Position numbers and translations under genes: made by a program
Notes under the pieces: generated by a model
Database searches by the model: none
Told to the model about the DNA's origin: nothing
Seen by the model: the letters and a program-made list of their open reading frames with translations, nothing else
In this document: positions 35,994 through 44,923 of the stretch, piece by piece
Layout: the number at the start of each line of letters is the position of its first letter
How positions within the stretch are numbered: position 1 is the stretch's first letter
Source of the DNA: an uncultured Enterobacteriaceae bacterium
Lineage (GTDB): Bacteria > Desulfobacterota > Binatia > Bin18
Assembly: GCA_964495015.1 (NCBI GenBank)
Contig: CAZBUD010000007.1
Location: forward strand, 21,462 to 85,461
Direction: 5' to 3'
Length of the DNA stretch: 64,000 nucleotides

Positions 35994-36922
35994 GCGCTGA
36001 CCTTCTCCGAGAAAATGGTTTGTGACGTTGGCGGCTGAGGCTCGACAAGAATGTGGTAGGCGCGCAGGGTGAAACGGACGCTGGTAACCAGCATGAGCGC
36101 GCCGATAATGACATGACTCGTTGCGAAGAGGACGGCCTGTGACGTTAAAGGGCCATCTAGGGCAAGATATTTGACGACGTAAGTAACAAATCCGAGACCG
36201 ACTTGTACCAAAAGTAGCCTGCGTAGGACAAGGGCTGAACGCATCAGAAATGGCTGGCCCGTATGGTATTGTTGCATGTGATCGACGAGGAGAAAGATGC
36301 CGATGAATACGACAACGGCCCCTAGAATATGCAGACTCAGGCCGGCGCCGGTGTGGCGAAAAATTGCTCCCAGTATGAGCTGGGCATAGATCACCCCAGT
36401 TGCCAATAGGCCGAGTTGTTTTGTTTTTCTTGTCGCTCTTGAGGGCGTCTGCTGTGTAGGCGACTTCCATTCTCTAGAAGTGAAAAGGGCGAGGCTTGTG
36501 ATCAGTGCAAAGAATGCCTGTGCAACGCAGGCGTGAATAATGGCAATCTTGTGCTGCACAAGAATCACCCGCAGTCCGCCAAGACCTCCTTGAAGAATGA
36601 CTGCGCCAAGCGCAATGACTCCAAGCCAGCGCAGCCATTGACGGGATTCTTTGAACCAGAGCACACCCGCAAGAAGGATGGTGAGCAGGCCGACGGCCGA
36701 TGCAAGTAAACGGTGACTATGTTCGTAGAAAATGCCGCCTATCATCTTCGTCCATGGGTAGAGGAACATATTGTAACCAAAAGTTGTTGGCCAATCGGGG
36801 ACAACCATACCGACCTTGAGACTGGTCACTAAGCCACCCACAAAAAGCAGGGGCAGGGTCATGATTGCTGTGAGTACGGCAAAACGATGAGGCCAGGGCG
36901 AGTCGTGATCAAGAGAGGCCAA
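35990..36922 (-). CDS. ctaA: Heme A synthase (COX15/CtaA)
   Basis: Eight-TM protein with conserved His residues (YEHSHRLLA, FRHTGAGL). Confidence 0.85.
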   Translation of the reverse strand: MASLDHDSPWPHRFAVLTAIMTLPLLFVGGLVTSLKVGMVVPDWPTTFGYNMFLYPWTKMIGGIFYEHSHRLLASAVGLLTILLAGVLWFKESRQWLRWLGVIALGAVILQGGLGGLRVILVQHKIAIIHACVAQAFFALITSLALFTSREWKSPTQQTPSRATRKTKQLGLLATGVIYAQLILGAIFRHTGAGLSLHILGAVVVFIGIFLLVDHMQQYHTGQPFLMRSALVLRRLLLVQVGLGFVTYVVKYLALDGPLTSQAVLFATSHVIIGALMLVTSVRFTLRAYHILVEPQPPTSQTIFSEKVSA

Positions 36923-36994
36923 TGCGATCTCCTCTTTTGACTATAGCAGAGAACGACCGGGCAATGTGCATGCCTTCCGGCGTATCTTGCGTAC

Positions 36995-38767
36995 TTAGTG
37001 TGAGGCGCTAGCCGCTGCCGGGCCGAGTTGTCGATTCTGTGGTAACCAGTCTTCTTTCACCAGAGGAGAGCTATACTCGTATGGACCTCGATACACGGTC
37101 GGCGTTGTTTCGAAGTTTCCGTGCCCCGGAGGAGACGGTGCCGTCCATTCTAAGGTGTTGGCTTCCCACGGGTTCTTTTCCGCTTTCTTTCCGGCAAACA
37201 AACTCCAGACAAGGTTCACGAAAAAGACGATCTGGGAGGCGGCAAGACATAACGCACTCATGGTGATAAAGACGTTCCACCACTGCATATCGTGCAGAAA
37301 CTCATACTGCATGGGGTTGTAGATACGACGCATATGGCCGGCCACGCCCAAGAAATGCATAGGAAAGAAGGCGCAGTTGAAGAAGATATACGTCAGGAAG
37401 AAATGCGTCTTGGCTAGCGTTTCGTTCATCATGCGGCCAAAGATCTTCGGGAACCAATAGTAGAGTGCCGCAAACATGCCAAAGATGATGCCAGCCACGA
37501 CATAGTGGAAGTGGGCGACAATGAAATAGGTGTCATGCATGAAGATGTCGACCGGGGTTGAGGCCATATAAATGCCGCTCAGTCCACCAATCACAAAATT
37601 GGACACAAAACCTAGGGCAAACAGCATAGGGCTGGTAAAACGAATATTGCCACCCCATAAGGTGCCGAGCCAATTAAATGTTTTAATAGCTGAAGGGACG
37701 GCTATGACCATCGTGGTGAGCATGAAGGCCGTCCCCAGAACCGGGTTCATGCCACTGACAAACATATGATGGCCCCACACAATCCAGGAGAGAAAGGCCA
37801 AAGAGACCATAGAGAAGGCCATGGCCTTGTAGCCAAAAATGGGTTTACGCGAGAAGGTGGCGAGAATATCTGAGGTGACACCCATGGCGGGCAGCACCAG
37901 GACATACACTTCCGGATGACCGAAGAACCAGAACAGGTGCTGCCACAGGATCGGTTCTCCACCGCCACCCGGTAAGAAGAAACTCGTGCCCATAGTCCGA
38001 TCGAACAGCAACATGCCGAGCGCGGCAGTCAGCACCGGCAGCGCCAGTAGTAACAAAATCGCGGTGACAAACAAGGACCAGACAACCAACGGCATACGGA
38101 ACCAGGTCATCCCCGGCGCCCGCATATTGATGATCGTAGTGATATAGTTGATCGCACCCATCAGGGAGGAAACACCCAGGACAAGCAGGCTGATGATCCA
38201 CAGGTTCACACCGGTATCCACACCGCTTAGGGTGGGATCTGCCGATAAGGTGGCGTACATGGTCCAACCGCCGGCTGCGGCGCCGCCTTCCACGAAGAAG
38301 CTGTACAGTATGAGACCAATAGCCGGCACAGCCGTCCAGAATGAAAGCAGGTTCAACAGCGGAAAGGCCATGTCGCCAGCGCCGATCATGAGTGGAATCA
38401 GGAAATTGCCGAACCCGCCTATCAGAAACGGCATCACGACAAAAAAGATCATGATCGTGGCATGCATGGTGAACAGCGAGTTGTAAAAGGCCGGGTCCAT
38501 ATACGCGCCGTACAGACCATGCTCTGGCTCGGCGTACATGAAAGGCTCGGAGATCCAACTAGTAAAAGGGACCGGCGTCTCAGGCCAGGCCAGTTCCCAG
38601 CGCATCATCATCGCCATGAGGCCACCAAAGATAAGCATGACGATGGCTGACAACAAAAACTGGCGGCCGATCATTTTGTGATCAGTCGAAAAAATATACG
38701 TGCGGATAAATCCTAGCTCGTGGTGCTCTTCATGTGTCGCGGTGGCTGCGGCTCCGGCGTCACTCAT
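36995..38767 (-). CDS. ctaD: Cytochrome c oxidase subunit I
   Basis: STDHKMIG, GGGEPILWQHLFWFFGHPEVY and HHMF motifs, 590 aa. Confidence 0.97.
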   Translation of the reverse strand: MSDAGAAATATHEEHHELGFIRTYIFSTDHKMIGRQFLLSAIVMLIFGGLMAMMMRWELAWPETPVPFTSWISEPFMYAEPEHGLYGAYMDPAFYNSLFTMHATIMIFFVVMPFLIGGFGNFLIPLMIGAGDMAFPLLNLLSFWTAVPAIGLILYSFFVEGGAAAGGWTMYATLSADPTLSGVDTGVNLWIISLLVLGVSSLMGAINYITTIINMRAPGMTWFRMPLVVWSLFVTAILLLLALPVLTAALGMLLFDRTMGTSFFLPGGGGEPILWQHLFWFFGHPEVYVLVLPAMGVTSDILATFSRKPIFGYKAMAFSMVSLAFLSWIVWGHHMFVSGMNPVLGTAFMLTTMVIAVPSAIKTFNWLGTLWGGNIRFTSPMLFALGFVSNFVIGGLSGIYMASTPVDIFMHDTYFIVAHFHYVVAGIIFGMFAALYYWFPKIFGRMMNETLAKTHFFLTYIFFNCAFFPMHFLGVAGHMRRIYNPMQYEFLHDMQWWNVFITMSALCLAASQIVFFVNLVWSLFAGKKAEKNPWEANTLEWTAPSPPGHGNFETTPTVYRGPYEYSSPLVKEDWLPQNRQLGPAAASASH

Positions 38768-38820
38768 TGACTCTCTCCTGTCTTGATACGCTTGCGGGCT
38801 GGTTCAATCTTGTTGGCTGT

Positions 38821-39678
38821 TTATTCAGCCGCTTCTTCGACAGCACCCTCAACGCTAGCAACGGCAGCGTCCCCATCCCCTTGCTTCTGTTCGGTTGCAG
38901 CTTCCACTGTTTCCGCGGCCACTTCAGTTGTTTCTTGTGCTGCTTTCTCTAAGTTAGACTCGGCCGCTGGTGCTGCTGCAACTTCTTCAGGAGCCATTAA
39001 AGCCGGGGCTCCGTTTAGAGCTGCGTCTGGCCAACGCTTCTTGAACCACGCGGCATAGTCTTCAGGCGTGTCGGCATACAGCCAACCTGTCATGCCCGAA
39101 TGGCCGAACCCACACAGTTCAGCACACGGCATTTCGTACTTGCCGGGTTTATTCGCCTGAAACCACGCCCCGATCGTTCGGCCTGGCATTGTATCCTGTT
39201 TGAAGCGCAGGTTTGGAAGAAATAGGCTATGGATGACATCCTTGGACTGCAGGACGACACGAATGGGTTTGCCGACCGGCACGTGGATATCGTTATCGAC
39301 TTGATAATCGTCTCCAGTCTCAAATTCGCCGTCTGGGCCGGGATAGAGGATTTCCCAGTTGAACTGTTTGCCGGTGATTTGAACGACCTCGTCGGTTTCC
39401 GGGGTGGTGAGTTTGATCTCTTCCCAGAGGGACTTACTTGCGAGGCCGAGCCCTATAAAGACCAAGGCGGGAATGATGGTCCACGTCAACTCCAGGCTAG
39501 AGCTGCCATGGGTGTATATTGCCCGGCGGTTGTCATCGCGGCGATACTGGTACAAGAAGATGATCATAAGCGCGGTAACCAGAATGAAAGCCGCCGCTGT
39601 GATGTAGTAGATAAGATAGAAGAGCGAATCGATGCCTGCCCCGTATGGGGATACGTCTTCCGGAAGCCATCGTAGCAT
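38821..39678 (-). CDS. ctaC: Cytochrome c oxidase subunit II (CuA) with an acidic Ala/Glu-rich tail and no cytochrome c domain
   Basis: CuA motif CAELCGFGHSGM and two N-terminal TM segments. The C-terminal ~57 aa are low-complexity (APEEVAAAPAAES...EGAVEEAAE), and there is no CxxCH. Confidence 0.95.
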   Translation of the reverse strand: MLRWLPEDVSPYGAGIDSLFYLIYYITAAAFILVTALMIIFLYQYRRDDNRRAIYTHGSSSLELTWTIIPALVFIGLGLASKSLWEEIKLTTPETDEVVQITGKQFNWEILYPGPDGEFETGDDYQVDNDIHVPVGKPIRVVLQSKDVIHSLFLPNLRFKQDTMPGRTIGAWFQANKPGKYEMPCAELCGFGHSGMTGWLYADTPEDYAAWFKKRWPDAALNGAPALMAPEEVAAAPAAESNLEKAAQETTEVAAETVEAATEQKQGDGDAAVASVEGAVEEAAE

Positions 39679-39892
39679 GGATTTCTTTGCCCCTTATTCT
39701 GTAAAAGATCGCTCCCCTTTATACCGGAAAGCGTGACCTCCGCAAGGGGAGGGGAGGATGGCCGAAGGCTTGCATGCAAGAGAAAATATGGTGTATTAAT
39801 CATACTGAGTACACAGATGAGAAAGCACATCCTCTGATGTACGGTTCGATATTGACAACACCCCCAGGACTCGATTATCCTCTGGCTTAATT

Positions 39893-40075
39893 ATGCATAA
39901 AACAGGTTGGGATCAGTTTTTAGAAATTATGTTCAAGCCTGATAATATACCCATTGTCGGCCTCATGTTTTTGATCTTTTACTTCACCTGGCTTGCCTTT
40001 CGCGAGGGACGTAAGAATGACCAGTTGATCGAAGAAGGTCGAGCCGACGAAGTCTTAAAAAAGATGCAGGAATAG
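39893..40075 (+). CDS. Hypothetical small membrane protein
   Basis: 60 aa with one TM (IPIVGLMFLIFYFTWLAF). Lies 13 nt upstream of the ferredoxin gene and divergent from ctaC. Confidence 0.5.
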   Translation: MHKTGWDQFLEIMFKPDNIPIVGLMFLIFYFTWLAFREGRKNDQLIEEGRADEVLKKMQE

Positions 40076-40088
40076 GGAGGCGGGCCTT

Positions 40089-40559
40089 ATGCCGTTTACG
40101 ATAATCGCCGAAAACTGTACCGGTTGCAGCGCGTGTGAACAACGCTGCCCGACCAAAGCCATTAGCGGCGATCCGAAAAAAGCCTATCTTATTGAAGCGA
40201 CCATGTGCGTGGATTGCGGTGCGTGCGGAGTGATTTGCCCAGACGACGCCATCCTCGATAACTTTGGGAATCTCACCCACGTGCTCAAACGAGTAGAACG
40301 TCCCATTGCCATCGTCCACCAGGATAACTGCAACGGCTGCGGCGTGTGTATCGATGTGTGTCCTTTCGATTGCATCTACCCGTCCGCGAACAATGGCCCC
40401 CAGTATCTCGGACGCGTCGAAGTGGAAGAAAAGACGTGTGTAGGATGCAAGCTGTGCGAAGAAGTGTGTGGCTGGGAAGGCATTTATATTATGCCAGGCA
40501 GAGAGAAAGAAGTCTTTCTCACCTCGATTGGATCGGAAGTCGAAGAGGCCATCCCGTAG
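40089..40559 (+). CDS. Ferredoxin-like protein with four [4Fe-4S]-type Cys motifs
   Basis: CTGCSACEQRCP, CVDCGACGVICP, CNGCGVCIDVCP, CVGCKLCEEVCG. Confidence 0.85.
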   Translation: MPFTIIAENCTGCSACEQRCPTKAISGDPKKAYLIEATMCVDCGACGVICPDDAILDNFGNLTHVLKRVERPIAIVHQDNCNGCGVCIDVCPFDCIYPSANNGPQYLGRVEVEEKTCVGCKLCEEVCGWEGIYIMPGREKEVFLTSIGSEVEEAIP

Positions 40560-40586
40560 GCCGGAAAACCCGAGACAACGAGAATG

Positions 40587-40615
40587 AAAAGGGAGCCAAG
40601 AGGCTCCCTTTTTTG
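40587..40615. terminator. Bidirectional rho-independent terminator
   Basis: AAAA-GGGAGCC-aaga-GGCTCCC-TTTTTT between the convergent ferredoxin and hisG genes. Confidence 0.75.
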
Positions 40616-40618
40616 TCG

Positions 40619-41491
40619 CTAAATTATTTTATTCAGGGGGTATTCGACGATGCCGACCGCCCCGTTCCTGATAAGCTTCGGAATCAGCTCGCGGACGACG
40701 TCTTCACTGATCACACTCTCTACAGCGAACCAGTCTTTTTGATACAGCGGCGAGACGGTCGGGGCGGTGAGACTGGGGAGCATTTTGACGATGGGATCAA
40801 GTTGTTCTTTGGAGACGTTCATCTTGATACCGACTTTTGCCTCCGCAGCCAGGGCACCTTTGAGCAGCAGAGAAATTTGATCGATCTTTTCCCGCTTGCG
40901 TTGGTCCTGCAGGGCCTGCTTATTGGCGATGAGCTGGGGGTTCGAGCTAAACAGCTCATGGATGATCTTGAGCCCGTGGGCGCGTATCGTCGAGCCTGAC
41001 TCCGTCACCTCAACGATAGCATCAACCAGTCCGTCGGCAGCCTTTGCTTCTGTTGCCCCCCAGGAGAACTCGACCTCGACCTGGACCTGGCGTTCAGCAA
41101 AATATCGTTTGGTATAGTTGACCAGCTCGGTGGCTATTCTTTTCCCGTTGAGATCCTCCAGACCTTTGATCGGCGAGTCCTGCGGAACCGCAAGGACCCA
41201 ACGCGTAGGCTGAAAACTAGCCTTGGAGTAGACGAGATCAATAATTGGTTCGACATCGGAGTTGTTCTCCATGATCCAGTCTTTGCCGGTTATGCCGGCA
41301 TCGAGCGTCCCAGACTCTACATAGCGCGCCATTTCCTGAGCTCGGATAAGCGCACAGCGCAGAGTAGGGTCATCGATACTCGGGAAATAGCTGCGTGAGC
41401 TGGTTGAGACTTTCCAGCCCGACTTCTTGAATAACTCAATTGTTGTGGCCTCAAGACTCCCTTTGGGCAGTCCAAGTCTGAGAATTTCCAT
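40619..41491 (-). CDS. hisG: ATP phosphoribosyltransferase, long form
   Basis: [13 protein letters not shown]....G and a C-terminal regulatory domain, 290 aa. Confidence 0.95.
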   Translation of the reverse strand: MEILRLGLPKGSLEATTIELFKKSGWKVSTSSRSYFPSIDDPTLRCALIRAQEMARYVESGTLDAGITGKDWIMENNSDVEPIIDLVYSKASFQPTRWVLAVPQDSPIKGLEDLNGKRIATELVNYTKRYFAERQVQVEVEFSWGATEAKAADGLVDAIVEVTESGSTIRAHGLKIIHELFSSNPQLIANKQALQDQRKREKIDQISLLLKGALAAEAKVGIKMNVSKEQLDPIVKMLPSLTAPTVSPLYQKDWFAVESVISEDVVRELIPKLIRNGAVGIVEYPLNKII

Positions 41492-42026
41492 AAGATCCTT
41501 TTATGACTCCGTGATATTTAAATTTTCCAGATTTTCGCACTGCGTTTTACTGTCTGCGTGACTTGTGTAGGCTTCCACGCGTGCGTCTGGAGGCAAGCGA
41601 AACTCCTACCATAGGTGGCAAAGGGCGGCAAGCGAGCATCTCATCTTCCAAGTCTTCATGCGAAAAAAATAAAGTTGGGTTGGCGGCTCCCTTGCAAACG
41701 CTGCTCTAGAACTTCAACGTATTTTGCCAACTGCGATCACGCTCCTTGCGTGCTTCAAGCGCAGCCTGGGTCAAGCCGACCACCGCCTTGGGGTCGCTTG
41801 GTTCAACGTAGTGAACCGCACGGAGGGATGGCCGCGGGCGAGCAGGGGCGCGAGCCGTCCACTGTGAGCACTCCGAGAGCCACGCGGCTACCAACCACCA
41901 CCACCCGCAATGTCGGAGTGTGAAGCAACGCATAGGCGTTCTCTTACGTCTTTGCTACATATGGCACCATATCGTGTTTGACAGGCCGGCGCCTCTCAAA
42001 ACGAAGGGCACAGGAGGAGTAGGACC

Positions 42027-43031
42027 ATGAAACTGTCTGAAATCGCAGCACGCTTGGAATGTGAGCTGCAGGGGGATGGAGACCTTCCCATTGCAGGAGT
42101 GAAGACTATAGATGAAGCCGGGCCCGAAGATCTGACGTTTGTCGCTAATAAAAAATACTTTGCAAAATTATCCGCGACTAAAGCGGCCGCCGTTATTCTG
42201 CCGACAGATGCACGTGCTGTATCATTGCCGTCTCTCCGGACGGAAAATCCAAACCTCGCTGTCGCGCAAGTGCTGGGTTGGTTCCATCCCCCCGACGTCC
42301 CGCCGGAAGGTGTCCATCCCACAGCCGTCATTGCACCGTCCGCACGCATCGGTGATCATGCCTCGATTGGCCCGTATGTGGTGATTGGCGACGATGTGGT
42401 GATTGGCGATCACGTCCGGCTCTTCGCCCACGTCGTGATTTATCCTCTGGTACAGATTGGGAACAATTTTATCGCTCATGCCGGGGCAGTGGTGCGTGAG
42501 CGTGTACTGATGGGTAACGACGTCGTACTGCAAAGCGGCGCGGTCATCGGTGGGGAGGGCTTTGGCTACGTCCCCTTGCCTGATGGATCCATCATGTCTA
42601 AGCCGCAAGCGGGTACGGTTGAGCTTCAAGACGGAGTCGAGATCGGGGCAAACACGACCATTGACCGAGCGACCATTGGAACAACGCGAGTACGCAAGGG
42701 GGCGAAAATCGATAATCTGGTCCAGATTGGTCATGGATCTGATGTCGGCGAGTTTGCCTTTTTAGCTGCACAGGTAGGCCTCGCCGGCAGCACGACGCTG
42801 GAAGAACGCGTACAACTCGGCGGCCAGGTCGGCGTGGCAGGCCATCTCACGGTAGGAAAGAATTCCAGGGCGGCATCCCAAAGCGGGATTCCAAATGACG
42901 TAGCCGCCAATAGCACTATCGCTGGCTACCCTGCGGTGAATGTCCTCTCCTGGCGACGTTACTCTGTCGCTCTTCCCAAGTTGCCGGAGCTATTGCGCCG
43001 GATGCGTAAACTTGAGCAGGATATAGGGTAG
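42027..43031 (+). CDS. lpxD: UDP-3-O-acylglucosamine N-acyltransferase
   Basis: MKLSEIAARL..., hexapeptide left-handed beta-helix repeats, QIGHG. RBS AGGAGGAG. Confidence 0.95.
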   Translation: MKLSEIAARLECELQGDGDLPIAGVKTIDEAGPEDLTFVANKKYFAKLSATKAAAVILPTDARAVSLPSLRTENPNLAVAQVLGWFHPPDVPPEGVHPTAVIAPSARIGDHASIGPYVVIGDDVVIGDHVRLFAHVVIYPLVQIGNNFIAHAGAVVRERVLMGNDVVLQSGAVIGGEGFGYVPLPDGSIMSKPQAGTVELQDGVEIGANTTIDRATIGTTRVRKGAKIDNLVQIGHGSDVGEFAFLAAQVGLAGSTTLEERVQLGGQVGVAGHLTVGKNSRAASQSGIPNDVAANSTIAGYPAVNVLSWRRYSVALPKLPELLRRMRKLEQDIG

Positions 43032-43191
43032 TTAAAGAAAGCGAGTGAATAGCACTATTTGGTTGGCCCTCTCGCACGAGCGGTCTGAGGGGCGCGTGCT
43101 TAGTTTCGGCTTAGGTTCAGCCTGGAACTGGTCCTCTAATGGTACTCTGAGGAGAACGGACTTGCCTACTGAAGTTCTACCTCAGTTCATT

Positions 43192-43766
43192 TCACTGCTG
43201 AGAATGGGCCACTGAGGGAAATGGAGTCAGGCAAGAAGACGAGGCCTCCCGCCTGGCATCCGTACTGGACAAGCGGGAGGATAATGGAGCGAATCCATAA
43301 GACTCAAGCGGAGGGTAATCCATACCGGGCACGTGCCATTTGCCGTCAACCTTGACGTAAGTAAAGATATACCGACCGTGGGTATAGGTCAGTCTGCCGT
43401 CTTGCGGCGTGGCCGCAAGTTGATAATAACCCCAGGTAGACCTGTAGCGCAGACAGTGCGGAACTGGGGTGTGACCGGAGAAAGGTCCGACGCTTCATAT
43501 TGTCCGAAATATGCCTGGACTGCTTTTTTGGAGTCGGCTTTCCCGGTCAGCGGGAAAGGAGAGAAAATGCCATACAGGAAGATATCAGAATGGGCGGAGA
43601 CCACGGATGCTTCAAGTGCTCTCTTGTTGAACGCCACGATTTGCGGGTTGAATTCAGCTTTGAGCGCGTCCATATCCTCATTAGCGAAAGCTCCCGAAGA
43701 AAAGAGAAGAAAGCCCAGAGTGAAGGAAATGAGTCTGAGTTGTGGGCGAAACTCCAGCATCAGCAC
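43192..43766 (-). pseudogene. Secreted SnoaL-like/DUF4440 (NTF2-fold) protein gene with a frameshift
   Basis: ORF 43389-43766 has a signal peptide and the N-terminal half. The family-typical C-terminus WGYYQLAATPQDGRLTYTHGRYIFTYVKVDGKWHV is in another frame starting at 43434. A 1-nt deletion near 43432-43440 explains the break. Confidence 0.6.
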
Positions 43767-44923
43767 TATACCTCCAGAACATGACGATAAAGCTGCAGTA
43801 TCACTTTGCCTGACGACAAAAAGCTAATACTTTGTATTTGCAAGCGGAAAGCTTAACAGGCAGGGGACGGCAATAGGTTGAGGGGACCCTCAAGATGGTG
43901 GTTTCTCTCAGATACAACCGTCCCAACGACCGGGGGAGAAGTTCTTACCGATGTGCATGGCAGTGGGCACGGTGTGAGCACAAGTAGTGCTAGGATGTGT
44001 ATGCTGCTTGGCGTGAAGAATTTTAGCGCTGCGAAGCGACTGGGGCGAGGGGAACAGATAACCGAGGCTTTAAGAGGAAAGCCGGTGGTCGCCTCCGCAG
44101 CAACCCGCGACAAAGTCCCGGATTCGTTTGCTTGTGTTAGCCAGCGAGGACACAATACTGCGTGAAGTTCGGAGTGACAACAAAAAGTTCGTCACATAGG
44201 TGACGGAAAACGGAGTTTGCATTGAGTATTGTTTTGATTGTATCGCCTAGGCGACACAAATGAATGCATACATCAGGTTAAGGGGGCAACTCTCTATGCT
44301 GCTTGGCGGAGCGGTGTGGTGGGGGCTGACATACTGCTGGTACGGATATCCGCAGTGTTAATCTTGGTCTTGACCTGCGTCCCGTCTTGGACAATTTCGA
44401 AATAGTAATGCAGCAAGTAGCGGTTGGTAGATGTGTGAGTATGGGGATTGGTGAGCTGGCAGGGGAGTTTTAGCGCAGTGCTTCGTCGATAAACGGCAGC
44501 TGGTGTCGACAGCCCCCACGAACGCAGCTCGCTCGGGTCCGTATCTTGGGAACAAGAGGGCCCGAGGACAATTGGCATGCTCTGAAAGTGCCTGGCTCTA
44601 GCCCGTTCTGGACTAGCTGCATGCACAGCGTATGCATTGTGGATAAATACCGCTTCGATGTTATCTGTATAGTCGTAGAAATCTTTTACTCGAAATTGCT
44701 GGGCAGTAGACTCGTCTGCTGATTCATTCTCCTCACAGCCTCATGGCCTAATGAGTAGGGCGCAAAGGGAAAGATCTTTCCCCTATTAAACCAAAACTGG
44801 AGCCCTAAAATAAAATCGTTTTAGAAAACGTTTTATGAATGGCCGATGTAGGGTATTGAAAGCCCCTTTAGGGTTATTCTCTACTTCGGTTGATGACGCC
44901 CCTTCTTTGGGAGTATTGAAATC

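Noticed and set aside
35994-36470. N-terminal 159 codons of the 460-aa ORF containing ctaB
   Set aside because: This part is an out-of-frame reading of the ctaA coding region. CtaB homology starts at the ATG at 35993, which overlaps the ctaA stop.
40346-40999. 217-aa plus-strand ORF spanning the ferredoxin 3' end, the terminator and the antisense strand of hisG
   Set aside because: It crosses a strong bidirectional terminator and overlaps two well-supported genes, with no recognisable domain.
41706-41933. 75-aa minus-strand ORF in the 535-bp hisG/lpxD intergenic region (MRCFTLRHCGWWWLVAAW...WQNTLKF)
   Set aside because: It has no RBS, no canonical lipobox and no family resemblance, and a plus-strand ORF overlaps it equally well. 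It is left unannotated, although the long intergenic region itself may contain regulatory RNA.
43333-43827. 164-aa plus-strand ORF
   Set aside because: It is antisense to the DUF4440-like gene, whose two frames both show family-typical sequence. The plus-strand translation has no recognisable features.
44040-44130. AGAGGAAAGCCGG / AAAGTCCCGG motifs resembling the RNase P RNA P4 region (GAGGAAAGUCCGG)
   Set aside because: The second universally conserved block (ACAGAAnCCGGCUUA-like) is absent, and no ~350-400-nt structure can be built around the motifs. This looks like a chance resemblance.
44294-44626. 110-aa minus-strand ORF as a real gene, possibly an L,D-transpeptidase-like relic
   Set aside because: I could not locate the catalytic SxGC/HG motifs, and the start is a GTG deep inside a longer ATG-less frame. 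The evidence is insufficient for a call.
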